A stretch of DNA of 64,000 bases from a virus, in IMG/VR virus record IMGVR_UViG_3300018080_000099, positions 128,001 to 192,000 of that record; one strand, 5' to 3'. The notes below the pieces were generated by a model, which saw only the letters and a program-made list of their open reading frames with translations, was not told the DNA's origin and made no database searches. Both the position numbers and the translations under genes were made by a program. This document shows positions 46,966-56,746 of the stretch, one piece after another. Within the stretch, counting starts at the first letter, position 1. Every line of letters begins with the position of its first letter.

Positions 46966-47265
46966 ATGGCAGAAGGTTTTAAGGACTTCAGAAGCAATAA
47001 AGAAAAGCCAAGAGAGGACTTGACAAAGAACGCTGATTGTCAGGAAGCTATCAGGGAACATATTATGGAAAAGATGGGAGTCAGTAATAACGCTCTTGTT
47101 TCCTTGGTTGTTCACGCTACAAGAAACACACCTGTCAATGAAAATGATGTTAAGGAACTTGAGTTTTTCGGATATATTGCCGAAGGAACAATAACCACAA
47201 AGGGAAAAGCTTTTCTTGACGAAGAAGAAACTATCGACAGATTGAAGAAAATGATTGGGTATTAA
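46966..47265 (+). CDS. Hypothetical protein
   Basis: 99-aa ORF with AGGAGG upstream. Confidence 0.45.
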   Translation: MAEGFKDFRSNKEKPREDLTKNADCQEAIREHIMEKMGVSNNALVSLVVHATRNTPVNENDVKELEFFGYIAEGTITTKGKAFLDEEETIDRLKKMIGY

Positions 47266-48244
47266 GCCAATGGCACATATTGATGATGTTAGCAGGAAAG
47301 CTATTGAAGATTTTTTGAGGTCAAAAGATTCCCTTATTGGGAATCTTTTGTCGTTAGATGAAAAATCAGCTATCATGGACCAGCTCTATCCACGTCCAGA
47401 TAGTCCGGCTCCTGTTACGTCTGCAATTCAGGTCGTTAGAGAAGAGGTTGACGTTGAAGAAATCCTTAGTCGAATCCTTATGAACGAGGATATAGTTGCC
47501 CGGTTCAAAGGAGATAAGGGTGACAAAGGCGACAAGGGAGATGACGGAGAAAGCGTCATTGGCGAACAGGGGCCTCCGGGTAAGGACGGTAAAGCTGGAA
47601 AGAGAGGTCCGAGAGGAACCAAAGGTAAAGATGCTGACGTTGAAGAAATTCTAAGAAGGCTTCAAGACGATATTGAGTTCATTCAAAGAGTTCGTGGGTC
47701 TGGTCCAGCTTGGTTAGTTGGCGGCGGAGGCGGAGGAGAGAACAACTCCATTTCTGATGTGGGTGGTGGAACCGGACTTTACTACGGCAAACATGGCTCA
47801 GAACTACAACTCAAATCTCTTTCAGGAGATAACATCACGATTGAGGATGGCGGAGACACTGTTAACTTCTCAGGCGTCAAGTCAGTTTGTATTACTCCAT
47901 TTGAATCTATTTCAGCTGTTCAAATCGAAACAGGAACGATTGCATTCGCTGTTCCTTCTGAAATCAATAACTATGACTTAACCGCAGCTGTAGCTACTGT
48001 TCATGATGCTGGAACCGGCACAGGTTCTATTGATGTTCAGATAAGACGTAGAAGAAACGGCTCCGATGTTGATATGCTAACATCCCCAATAACTCTATCA
48101 GTTGGTGAATTCTTTGCCACTGACGGAGTCATAAATACAGGTAATAATACCGTTCAAACAGGAGACCAAATCTTCATAGATGTGGATTCAGTGACAACAA
48201 CTCCTCCGAACGGATTAGCTGTAACACTGACATTTAGAAAGTAA
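47255..48244 (+). CDS. Fibre-like protein with a short collagen-like Gly-X-Y segment and a GGGGENNSI module shared with the ORF at 57923
   Basis: GDKGDKGDKGDDGE...GPPGKDGKAGKRGPRGTKGKD (about 14 GXY triplets) flanked by DVEEIL..R repeats, then GGGGGENNSISDVGGGTGLYY. Confidence 0.55.
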   Translation: MGIKPMAHIDDVSRKAIEDFLRSKDSLIGNLLSLDEKSAIMDQLYPRPDSPAPVTSAIQVVREEVDVEEILSRILMNEDIVARFKGDKGDKGDKGDDGESVIGEQGPPGKDGKAGKRGPRGTKGKDADVEEILRRLQDDIEFIQRVRGSGPAWLVGGGGGGENNSISDVGGGTGLYYGKHGSELQLKSLSGDNITIEDGGDTVNFSGVKSVCITPFESISAVQIETGTIAFAVPSEINNYDLTAAVATVHDAGTGTGSIDVQIRRRRNGSDVDMLTSPITLSVGEFFATDGVINTGNNTVQTGDQIFIDVDSVTTTPPNGLAVTLTFRK

Positions 48245-48268
48245 CTCAACTGACATTGAGGACATGAT

Positions 48269-48601
48269 ATGATAATTGTCAATCATTTATCAGAGTGGTT
48301 GTACAGTACTGATTGCTATGGCAACCGACTGGTACAGGACTGGGAAATCCCTTTCATCTTTGAGCGTCTAAACGAAATAGAATTAGAAGATTTAGTTATC
48401 GTTGAAGGAAACTTAGAAACCGACCAACCCAACTCTATCCTTGTTGACATCACCACACACATTTCAGGCACATTTCAACCGGGCAAAGATGTGATAATAT
48501 CCTTGGCCCATTTTATAAGACCGTGCCCTTGTGGATGTCACGAACTCCAGTGCGAATGTTATGTAGCTGACTGTGAGTGTTGTTCAGGAGAATGTACATA
48601 A
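48269..48601 (+). CDS. Cys-rich small protein
   Basis: CPCGCHELQCECYVADCECCSGEC at the C-terminus. 110 aa. Confidence 0.4.
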   Translation: MIIVNHLSEWLYSTDCYGNRLVQDWEIPFIFERLNEIELEDLVIVEGNLETDQPNSILVDITTHISGTFQPGKDVIISLAHFIRPCPCGCHELQCECYVADCECCSGECT

Positions 48602-51313
48602 ATGGCTGTAGGAGATGTATGTAAATATCGGGTTTCGACACATGCGTTACCAACTTCAGAAGATGTTTGGGAAGGTGTCGCCTTTGGTACAACTGTAGGA
48701 ACACCAGCCACCATCTATTCGATGAGCGCCAACAACATCGACATTCAGATAAACGAAACTGGATGGTATCTCGCTACATATCGTGTTAGAACTGAAGGTG
48801 AAGCTAATAACCGAAACATTCTAAGATGTAAAGCTGTATATGATAGAACTGATATTGAAGGTGCTATCGGAACTCGTTATTATCGAAACGATGCCAATGA
48901 TGAAGTTTGTCCAACCGCTCACTGCTTATTTGAAGTAACCGCAACAGGTAACTTCTTTAGAGTTGAAGCATTGGTTCGTGGAGAAGATTCGACACCAACA
49001 GATGATGCTACAACTGATAGTGAAGTTCAGTTGGTTCGACTTACAGATGAAACAGCCGCGTCCTATGCAAACTATACTGATGGTTCAGATACAGGAAGTT
49101 ATGGTACGACTACTTGGGATGGATTATCGTGGGATACTGTTGAAGATGAAACCGACACATCCGTCATCGAATTAAGCGCAGACGGAGAGACGGTTGAATT
49201 AAAAGAGATTGCAAGGTATCTTGTTTCGTACAATGTGACCTTCCAACATACAAACCGTTCCGCTAGAATTGGTCGAGCAACTCTTAATGGTGTCGAACTT
49301 CCAAACTCAAATAGTCAGCTATATCTTAGAGATACTGATGTTGACTTTAACTCCTTGAATGCTCTTTTCATTGTTGATGTTAGTGCTGCTAATTCTACAC
49401 TGAAAATAGAGGCACAGGTCGGTGATAACTCAAGTGGAGGGTCAAGAGTAGTAAATGCAAGCAGACTTGGTGTCATGCGATTGCCTGATACGGCTGAGGT
49501 TGTTATTGGTAGGGATGATACTGGTGGGCAGGAAATGGGTGGGGCTGGTAATGTTACCCTAATCAACTCATGTAGAACTACGCCCACAATTGACGCCGCA
49601 TCTTTTACAAGGAATGATAATACTACAATCGAAGTCGAGAAAGATGGTAACTATCTATTCATGCTTAATGGTAGATTGAATAGAGGGACTTCAACAGGTA
49701 CAAGATGTCAGATTCTTTCTCGATGGACATTGAATAATGTAGACCAACAGGTTCTTTCTACGTGCTACATTCGAGGTCTTCAGTCATCTCTTTACACATA
49801 CGATGGTGGATATGGTGCTTCATTTATAGCCAACCTTTCAGCTAATGACCAAATTGAGTTTGAGTCATTTGAGCAGGGTGATAACGGATTAGCACAGACA
49901 GTTGGTGGTAGTATTGGTATGGCGGCTTTGAACCTTGATACTTTGTTAGGTGAGGAATCAAGCTCCGAGTCAAGCTCACAATCGCAAGATATTTCATCAG
50001 AATCTTCTGAGTCTAGTTCATCTCAGTCAAGTCCTTCGTCAGAATCCAGCAGTAGTGAATCGAGCCAATCTTCTCCGTCAAGTCCTTCGTCTGAGAGTTC
50101 ATCTTCTCAGTCAAGTCCTTCTTCGGAATCGAGTTCCTCAGAGTCCAGTGTTTCGTCACCGAGTTCTGAGTCGTCAAGCTCACCGTCAAGTCCTTCGTCT
50201 GAATCGTCATCGTCTGAATCGAGTCAGTCTAGCCCATCTTCGGAGTCTAGTTCAAGCGAGAGTTCGGAGTCGAGTCCTTCGTCTGAGTCCAGCAGTTCGG
50301 AATCAAGCCCATCATCCGAAAGCAGTTCTTCTCAGTCAAGCCCATCTTCTGAGTCAAGTTCTAGCCAGTCCAGTCCTTCGTCCGAGTCGTCCGAATCGAG
50401 TCCTTCATCCGAAAGTAGTTCTTCTCAGTCAAGTCCTTCTTCCGAATCAAGCCCTTCTTCGGAATCGAGTTCTAGCCAATCTTCGCCGTCATCGGAATCG
50501 AGTTCTAGCCAGTCTAGTCCTTCATCGGAGAGCAGTTCTTCTCAGTCAAGTCCTTCGTCTGAATCCTCGGAATCGTCAAGCTCACAATCAAGCCCATCGT
50601 CCGAGTCGAGCAGTAGCGAAAGTTCTCCTTCGTCTGAGTCGTCTGAATCAAGCTCAAGTCAGTCTAGTCCTTCGTCCGAATCAAGTTCATCGGAATCGAG
50701 CCTGTCAAGTCCTTCATCTGAGAGTAGTTCTTCTCAGTCAAGTCCTTCGTCAGAATCTAGTTCCAGTGAATCGAGTGTTTCTTCTCCTTCTTCGGAATCG
50801 AGTAGTAGTGAAAGCTCTCCTTCGTCCGAATCTAGCGAATCAAGCTCAAGTGAATCGAGCCCATCTTCGGTATCGTCCGAATCAAGCTCAAGCGAATCTA
50901 GTCCTTCATCGGAATCTTCGAGTTCGGAATCAAGCTTGTCATCACCGTCAAGCCAGAGTGAAGAAAGTGAATCGTCTGAATCAAGTTCTAGCCAGTCATC
51001 TCCTTCGTCTGAATCAAGCTCATCCGAATCAAGCCAGTCGTCGCTTTCATCTGAATCAAGTTCCAGCGAAAGTTCGGAATCAAGCCCGTCGTCACCATCG
51101 TCAGAATCAAGTAGTAGCGAATCAAGTCCTTCGTCTGAATCCAGTTCAAGTGAATCAAGCCCATCTTCGGCATCGAGTGCTTCGTCAGAATCAAGTTCAT
51201 CATCGGTATCAAGCGCTTCTTCGGAATCTAGCTCATCCGAATCTAGTTCATCCGAGGGGCCACAACCCATAGTTGGTAGGAGACTAAATAACCGTATAAT
51301 GATGTTGTCGTAA
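48602..51313 (+). CDS. Second large virion-associated protein: N-terminal folded domain of about 445 aa plus a C-terminal Ser-Glu-Ser repeat tail of about 440 aa
   Basis: 903-aa ORF. The tail composition is identical in style to that of 40885-45516. Confidence 0.7.
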   Translation: MAVGDVCKYRVSTHALPTSEDVWEGVAFGTTVGTPATIYSMSANNIDIQINETGWYLATYRVRTEGEANNRNILRCKAVYDRTDIEGAIGTRYYRNDANDEVCPTAHCLFEVTATGNFFRVEALVRGEDSTPTDDATTDSEVQLVRLTDETAASYANYTDGSDTGSYGTTTWDGLSWDTVEDETDTSVIELSADGETVELKEIARYLVSYNVTFQHTNRSARIGRATLNGVELPNSNSQLYLRDTDVDFNSLNALFIVDVSAANSTLKIEAQVGDNSSGGSRVVNASRLGVMRLPDTAEVVIGRDDTGGQEMGGAGNVTLINSCRTTPTIDAASFTRNDNTTIEVEKDGNYLFMLNGRLNRGTSTGTRCQILSRWTLNNVDQQVLSTCYIRGLQSSLYTYDGGYGASFIANLSANDQIEFESFEQGDNGLAQTVGGSIGMAALNLDTLLGEESSSESSSQSQDISSESSESSSSQSSPSSESSSSESSQSSPSSPSSESSSSQSSPSSESSSSESSVSSPSSESSSSPSSPSSESSSSESSQSSPSSESSSSESSESSPSSESSSSESSPSSESSSSQSSPSSESSSSQSSPSSESSESSPSSESSSSQSSPSSESSPSSESSSSQSSPSSESSSSQSSPSSESSSSQSSPSSESSESSSSQSSPSSESSSSESSPSSESSESSSSQSSPSSESSSSESSLSSPSSESSSSQSSPSSESSSSESSVSSPSSESSSSESSPSSESSESSSSESSPSSVSSESSSSESSPSSESSSSESSLSSPSSQSEESESSESSSSQSSPSSESSSSESSQSSLSSESSSSESSESSPSSPSSESSSSESSPSSESSSSESSPSSASSASSESSSSSVSSASSESSSSESSSSEGPQPIVGRRLNNRIMMLS
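49946..51250 (+). repeat. Ser-rich-tail coding repeat (paralogous to 43024-45480)
   Basis: Same degenerate 42-nt unit. Confidence 0.85.
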
Positions 51314-51330
51314 CAATTAAAGGAGTTTAT

Positions 51331-53025
51331 ATGAGCGTTGAATTGACTTTTAGTACATGTGACAGAATACCAATCCCATTCGAGAACCACTACAAAAACT
51401 CTTCATGTTTCTTGGTGCTTTCCGGCCCGTCATTGAACAATCACGACCTGACAAAGATTCAGCAACCGGGTATTACCACATTTGGCGTAAACAATTCTCC
51501 GAAAGCATTTAGGCCCAACATGTGGATTTGTGTGGACCACCCTTCAAGGTTCATGATTAGCATATGGAAAGACCCGAACATTACTAAGTTCGTGCCGTTC
51601 TTTAAAGCCAAATCTAACCTCTTTGATAACTTCAACTGGCAGAACACCGACAGAAGGGTTATGGATTCTCCGAATGTTGTGTACTACCATCGGAACGAAC
51701 AGTTCAATCCCGACACATTCTTGACTGAAAAGACTGTCAACTGGGGAAACCACAAGAAGTATGGTGGTGGCCGAAGTGTTATGATGGCGGCACTGAAGAT
51801 TTGCTATCTGCTGGGATTCAAAAACGTGTTCCTGCTTGGATGTGACTTCAAGATGGAGAAGGATAAGCAAAACTACTCATGGGAACAAAACCGAAGTGTC
51901 GGTTCCGTGAGAGGAAACAACAGCACATATAATAAAATGATTGATAGATACACGAAGCTTCAACCGATTTTTGAGGAGAAGGACTTCCATGTGTACAACT
52001 GCAATCCCGACTCTCAGCTTCAAGTCTTTCCGTACATGTCCTATGACGATGCCGTGGCAACTGCATTGAAAGAGTTCCCTGATGTGAAAACAGAAAGAGC
52101 TGAAGGAATGTATGACAGATTTGATGCTGAAGAAAAGAGGAAAAAGGATAAAAAGAAAATGAAGCAAATTGAGAAAATCAAGAAGTCCGAGAAACCGATT
52201 GAAGGCTCTTGTGGAGTCATCTATTACAATGTGGGTAAGGGAGCCTTGGTAAGACTTGCGGTATCTCTTGCAACTTGTGTGAATCACTACCCTAAAGACA
52301 AGATAACAATTCTGGCAGACTATGAAGGCTACAATGAATGTAAGAAGATTGCAAAACACTTCGGAGTCAACTTGAAAATCATTGAACTGGAAAAGCTTGA
52401 CAAGAAGGAAGTCCTTCTCAATAAGTGTTTGGCACACACATACACACCTTATGACAATACGATATTCATAGATTCTGATACCATTGTACTGGGAAGCTTT
52501 GATGAACTACATGATGAAGCTGAAAAGCATGAATTCGTAACTACACAGTTCTCAGACTGGCTAACCACAAGGGGAGTCATTAAGAAAAGAATCAAGGAGT
52601 GGAAGCCTATCTTCCCAGATATGATTGGTGAAGCTCTCAAGGAGAGGCCATCAGTCAATGTGGGTGTCTTTGCATTTCGTAGGGATAGTGAATTTATGAA
52701 GGTGTGGTTTGATTATGCTAAGCATGGAACTCACATGTTCATTCCTGATGAACAATGCTGTCATTTGCTTATACCAAAGTTCAAGAACAGTATCGTATCA
52801 CACGACTACAACTCAAGTTGTAAGTATGACGAAATAACCGATTCCACCAAGATTCTTCACTTCCACGGAAGGAAGCACTGTCGAGTGGACGAAGATGGAA
52901 CATACAAATTCAATAGCGACAAATGGTATGCTGAGTTTGACAAGATTAGAGAGTTGGACTTTGTTAAGGACAATATCCAACACGATAGACAACTGAGAAA
53001 GCATTTACCGATGAGGGACAAATGA
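51331..53025 (+). CDS. Two-domain putative glycosyltransferase: N-terminal Maf/CstII-like (GxGPSL...GCDF) domain and C-terminal GT8/GT-A-like DxD domain
   Basis: LVLSGPSL and LLGCDFKM motifs in the N-terminal half. YNVGKGALVRLAVSLATCVNHY followed by IDSDTIV (DxD) in the C-terminal half. 564 aa. Confidence 0.5.
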   Translation: MSVELTFSTCDRIPIPFENHYKNSSCFLVLSGPSLNNHDLTKIQQPGITTFGVNNSPKAFRPNMWICVDHPSRFMISIWKDPNITKFVPFFKAKSNLFDNFNWQNTDRRVMDSPNVVYYHRNEQFNPDTFLTEKTVNWGNHKKYGGGRSVMMAALKICYLLGFKNVFLLGCDFKMEKDKQNYSWEQNRSVGSVRGNNSTYNKMIDRYTKLQPIFEEKDFHVYNCNPDSQLQVFPYMSYDDAVATALKEFPDVKTERAEGMYDRFDAEEKRKKDKKKMKQIEKIKKSEKPIEGSCGVIYYNVGKGALVRLAVSLATCVNHYPKDKITILADYEGYNECKKIAKHFGVNLKIIELEKLDKKEVLLNKCLAHTYTPYDNTIFIDSDTIVLGSFDELHDEAEKHEFVTTQFSDWLTTRGVIKKRIKEWKPIFPDMIGEALKERPSVNVGVFAFRRDSEFMKVWFDYAKHGTHMFIPDEQCCHLLIPKFKNSIVSHDYNSSCKYDEITDSTKILHFHGRKHCRVDEDGTYKFNSDKWYAEFDKIRELDFVKDNIQHDRQLRKHLPMRDK

Positions 53026-54410
53026 GAGATTTTACAATCGTAACAGCCTGCACGCCGGACTATCTGACGAAGCTTCAATGGAGTTTGCCGTCATGGAATA
53101 CGAAGCCTCAGTTCAGGGGTAAGAAGATGATTCTATTCCACCACGGCTTTGACAACCTGAAAAATCTCAGGTTTGTCAAGAAGCATTTCGATGTCAAGTT
53201 TGTGCATTGGGATATGCCAGAGTACGCCAATGTGAGAGAGTTAATGCTCTCGTCATTCATTCTGGGTTCGGCTAGGTATGTCAAAACCAAATACTTTGTG
53301 AAGATAGATGCCGACACCTATTTCACGAATCCAGACGATGTGTTTGGTAGGAGAGATTTCAGGTACGATGTCGTGTCTCATAAATGGAGATATACGAAGC
53401 CGGGCCATTGGATAAACGACTTGGACAAATACTACTTGGACAAAGATACAGGTAAGTATGGAAGATTGTACCACGAGCCAAGAATACAAAGTATATGTTG
53501 CCTACACAAGACAGAGTTTGTTAGGAGACTAGCTGAAAGATTTGGTGAGAGACTTCCTGTGCCGAGTCACGACACGGTTCTATGGTACTTTGCTGATAGA
53601 ATGCCGGACAGGAGTTGGAAGGGTAGGAACCTGAGAAAGCGAGGAGTCGGTCATGCATCTCAATGGAAAACCATTCGGGAAGGTGTTTGTGCTACCGGCG
53701 ATGCCAACAACGCATTCCTTAGAGATAGTTTGATGAATAACATTCAACTGGAAGTGACTTCATTCTGCCAGTTGGGATGTTTCAACTGTGATAGGAACTG
53801 TGGCATTTACAAGGATGCTACATATATCCCATTGGAGGATATTCAGAAGTTTGTGGACGATTCTATCCGGTTCAATAAGAAGTGGAGTCGTATAGATATT
53901 ATTGGAGGCGAGCCGACATACTATCCGTACTATCAGCAGATGTTTGAAGTGATTAAACAGTATAAAGATTTTTACCCAAAGTGTCGAGTCAGATTCAGCA
54001 CGAATGGTTTGGGTAAGTTTGTCAATGAGAGATTGAAGGAGATTCCGGCATGGGTTCATGTTAGAAACTCCAACAAGTCAAGTCGGAAGCAGGCATTCAC
54101 TTCATACAATTCGGCACCAGTTGACAACGGGGAAACCGAAATAAAGGCTTGCTCGATTCCGTGGAGATGTGGAATGGCTTTGACACAACACGGATACTTT
54201 ATCTGTGGTGCCGGTGCTTCCCTTGCCAAGGTGTTTCAGTTTGATATTGGTATCAAGAACTTTGAGGAAGTGGAGCCGGGCAGACTACTGAATCAGATTC
54301 CAATTCTGTGTAAGTACTGTGGACACAGCAACTGCAAGAGTAAGCATATAACGGAAGTTGAAGAAATCAGTGAGAGCTGGCAAAAAGCATTGGATAAAAG
54401 GGAAAAGTAA
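53022..54410 (+). CDS. Fusion protein: glycogenin-like GT8 glycosyltransferase N-terminal domain plus a radical-SAM domain with a SPASM/twitch-like C-terminal Cys cluster
   Basis: FTIVTACTPDYL together with KIDADTYF (the GT8 A-VT...DY and DxD motifs). Then CQLGCFNC (CxxxCxxC) and IDIIGGEPTYY (the GGEP SAM motif). Then C-terminal CSIPWRCG...CKYCGHSNC. Confidence 0.6.
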   Translation: MRDFTIVTACTPDYLTKLQWSLPSWNTKPQFRGKKMILFHHGFDNLKNLRFVKKHFDVKFVHWDMPEYANVRELMLSSFILGSARYVKTKYFVKIDADTYFTNPDDVFGRRDFRYDVVSHKWRYTKPGHWINDLDKYYLDKDTGKYGRLYHEPRIQSICCLHKTEFVRRLAERFGERLPVPSHDTVLWYFADRMPDRSWKGRNLRKRGVGHASQWKTIREGVCATGDANNAFLRDSLMNNIQLEVTSFCQLGCFNCDRNCGIYKDATYIPLEDIQKFVDDSIRFNKKWSRIDIIGGEPTYYPYYQQMFEVIKQYKDFYPKCRVRFSTNGLGKFVNERLKEIPAWVHVRNSNKSSRKQAFTSYNSAPVDNGETEIKACSIPWRCGMALTQHGYFICGAGASLAKVFQFDIGIKNFEEVEPGRLLNQIPILCKYCGHSNCKSKHITEVEEISESWQKALDKREK

Positions 54411-55348
54411 TGGGAGCTTTTTATAAGACGTTTAATGAAAAGATACGAGAGGTTTGGAAGCTAGCAACCCAACTGGACAAACCAGTACGAGAGAACCTTA
54501 CATGGACTGTTGGTATTATCAATGGTAGATGTGACTTTGAGGATTTACAGGCACATGGAGCCGCCCTCATGGCAAGCATCATCATTAAGGAGAAAGTAGT
54601 TCCCAAAATCATTTGTGTCTGGGACACCCCGACTGATACTAACACCAGTAAGTGGGACCTTGAGGAAAGACAACGAATCTATCCTTTGTATCTTTTAAGA
54701 CTGTTTGACGAATTTGATGAAAGCTTTTTGGAGAAACCAAAGATATTCAGCTGCAATCGGCTGAGTAACCAATATGTTTCGTTACACAGGGCCGGTTGGT
54801 CAGTCAATCCAATTCCATCAGGATTGACGCTTGGTTATAGGGCTAAGTATCTTGGTTTGAATTATGTCAGGACGACGCACGCTATCATGTCAGATATTGA
54901 TACTATATGCACGGATGAGTGCTGTGATTATGTTCAGGAAAACATTGATAGAAACCCAGAGACCTTTTGTTTAACGAATTACTACGATAATGAGAATGTG
55001 AGTGTAGGGCTTGTAGCATTCAACATGCGAAAGTACAGAGAAGTCTATTTACCACTGTGGCATGAGATGTATTGGAAGTTACCGAAAGCCGATGCTAAGT
55101 TCATTCAAGCTATTCGGAAAGAATATCTTGAATGTCAGGATGAGCTTGATATACAATTGATGGACAAGAACGTTGTCAACACTGAAAAATACTACCACAA
55201 TATTCCAAGGAAGAATCACTGGGTAGATGATAAGTCAAAACACTACCATGCTTGGAAAGGTGAGATGGAGCAAAACACCGAAGAGTTCAATAGCTTCTAT
55301 AACGACATACTGGACAATCTAATAAAGGATGCAAAAACAAATGATTGA
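54410..55348 (+). CDS. Hypothetical protein within the glycosylation cluster
   Basis: 312-aa ORF with ATG/TAA overlap on both sides. No motif recognised. Confidence 0.45.
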   Translation: MGAFYKTFNEKIREVWKLATQLDKPVRENLTWTVGIINGRCDFEDLQAHGAALMASIIIKEKVVPKIICVWDTPTDTNTSKWDLEERQRIYPLYLLRLFDEFDESFLEKPKIFSCNRLSNQYVSLHRAGWSVNPIPSGLTLGYRAKYLGLNYVRTTHAIMSDIDTICTDECCDYVQENIDRNPETFCLTNYYDNENVSVGLVAFNMRKYREVYLPLWHEMYWKLPKADAKFIQAIRKEYLECQDELDIQLMDKNVVNTEKYYHNIPRKNHWVDDKSKHYHAWKGEMEQNTEEFNSFYNDILDNLIKDAKTND

Positions 55349-56081
55349 AATGTGTGTAGTGTGTTACAACTTTCAGAGAAGATGGACAATGCAGTTAGCT
55401 TCTTTGGCTCAGCAAATAGAACCACCGGACTTCATAATCAATGTTGCTTATGTCAAGGACAACGGCAACCCGGATGTAGAAACGGTTGTGAATTTCTATG
55501 AGCAAAAGGGACTAAAGTTCAAGTTGACTCCATATGAGCATATGGGTAAAGGTAGAGGGCTCATCAGGAATCGACAGGTTCAAAAATCTTCGGAAGATTG
55601 GTTACTGTTTATGGACTGTGATTTGATTTACCACCCTACGTTTTTTCAAGGGATAGCAAAGCATATGAACCCGGACTGTCAAAACGTAATCGGAGTGCCG
55701 AATATTGCTTATACAAGGGTTGAGAATGTGAATCCATTTTTTGACAATTTTGAATCTATGTATGTTGAATCAGCTTATGATGTAGCGAAATCATTTGGGA
55801 TAACAAGAACGCATGGTCAGAAAAGGAAGGGAGCCAATGGAGGCTTCCAATTGGTTAGGAGAGAAATGGTGATGGAGAAGTGCAAAGGTAGATATGTAAA
55901 TCCCAAACGAACAGGTGATAAGCAGATGGGCCACATGGGAACCAGAAGCGATATTAAGTTCAGACAAGCTATTGATGGAGGGGCATACAGGTCGAAAATG
56001 ATTAATACACTACCAGTACAAATTCACCTTGAACATTGGCGAAAGATAGATGAACAATTTAACATCGAGGCACAACGATGA
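55329..56081 (+). CDS. Family 2 (GT-A) glycosyltransferase
   Basis: GKGRGLIRNRQVQKSSEDWLLFMDCDL, the GT2 signature (ARNxG...FLDxDD pattern). Confidence 0.65.
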   Translation: MQKQMIEMCVVCYNFQRRWTMQLASLAQQIEPPDFIINVAYVKDNGNPDVETVVNFYEQKGLKFKLTPYEHMGKGRGLIRNRQVQKSSEDWLLFMDCDLIYHPTFFQGIAKHMNPDCQNVIGVPNIAYTRVENVNPFFDNFESMYVESAYDVAKSFGITRTHGQKRKGANGGFQLVRREMVMEKCKGRYVNPKRTGDKQMGHMGTRSDIKFRQAIDGGAYRSKMINTLPVQIHLEHWRKIDEQFNIEAQR

Positions 56082-56746
56082 AGCTACATTCAAATACGAG
56101 AAGGGTTTTGTTTGAGGAACTAAAGCAAGAATGTTATGGCCTGAAAATGATTTCTCAGGACAGCATTCCAAATATGATTGACATTGGAGCTAATGTTGGA
56201 ATGTTATCAATCATGGCAAGATTGCTTCATCCTCATATGAATATATTTGCTTTTGAGCCCCACGAAGAAACGTTTAAGGATTTGAAAGAGAATGTTGACA
56301 ATCTGAGAATCAAAACATACAGGTATGCTTTTGGAAATGGCGACGTGTTCTACTTGACAAAAGAGAGAAAGATGGACTTGTGTAATAGTTTTAGTACTGA
56401 AAAGAACATTATTAATAAGACACAAGAAATCCAAAGTCTCGACCTTGAGCAAATTTTCAAGATGGTTAGTGTTGAACCAGAGGACACATTCCTCAAAATA
56501 GATTGTGAGGGAGCTGAAACGTTTATGGTGGATTGCCCGAAGTCAATTGAGTTACTGAAAAGAACAAAGCTTGTTGCAATGGAAGCTCATGAAAAGGACG
56601 CTGTGATTAAGCTAAAACCCTTCATAGAATGGTTTATGAAAACGATGTGGGGAACACATACAGTAATCATTGACAAGCAAACCAGTGTTGTGGCGAAGTT
56701 ATTAGCCGTTGAAAAATCTTATTACAGGAGCCAGTTATCCATATGA
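56078..56746 (+). CDS. FkbM-family SAM-dependent methyltransferase
   Basis: MIDIGANVGMLS...NIFAFEP, the FkbM domain signature. Confidence 0.7.
   Translation: MKLHSNTRRVLFEELKQECYGLKMISQDSIPNMIDIGANVGMLSIMARLLHPHMNIFAFEPHEETFKDLKENVDNLRIKTYRYAFGNGDVFYLTKERKMDLCNSFSTEKNIINKTQEIQSLDLEQIFKMVSVEPEDTFLKIDCEGAETFMVDCPKSIELLKRTKLVAMEAHEKDAVIKLKPFIEWFMKTMWGTHTVIIDKQTSVVAKLLAVEKSYYRSQLSI

Noticed and set aside
43024-51250. Possible CRISPR array suggested by the regular short repeats
   Set aside because: The repeats are degenerate, contiguous with no unique spacers, protein-coding in frame and Ser-codon biased. Not a CRISPR.
49950-51390. 440-aa plus-strand Arg/Leu-rich ORF (49950-51272) and 218-aa minus-strand Asp/Glu/Leu ORF (50734-51390) in the second repeat tract
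   Set aside because: Same artefact of the Ser-codon repeat. They overlap the in-frame tail of the 903-aa gene.
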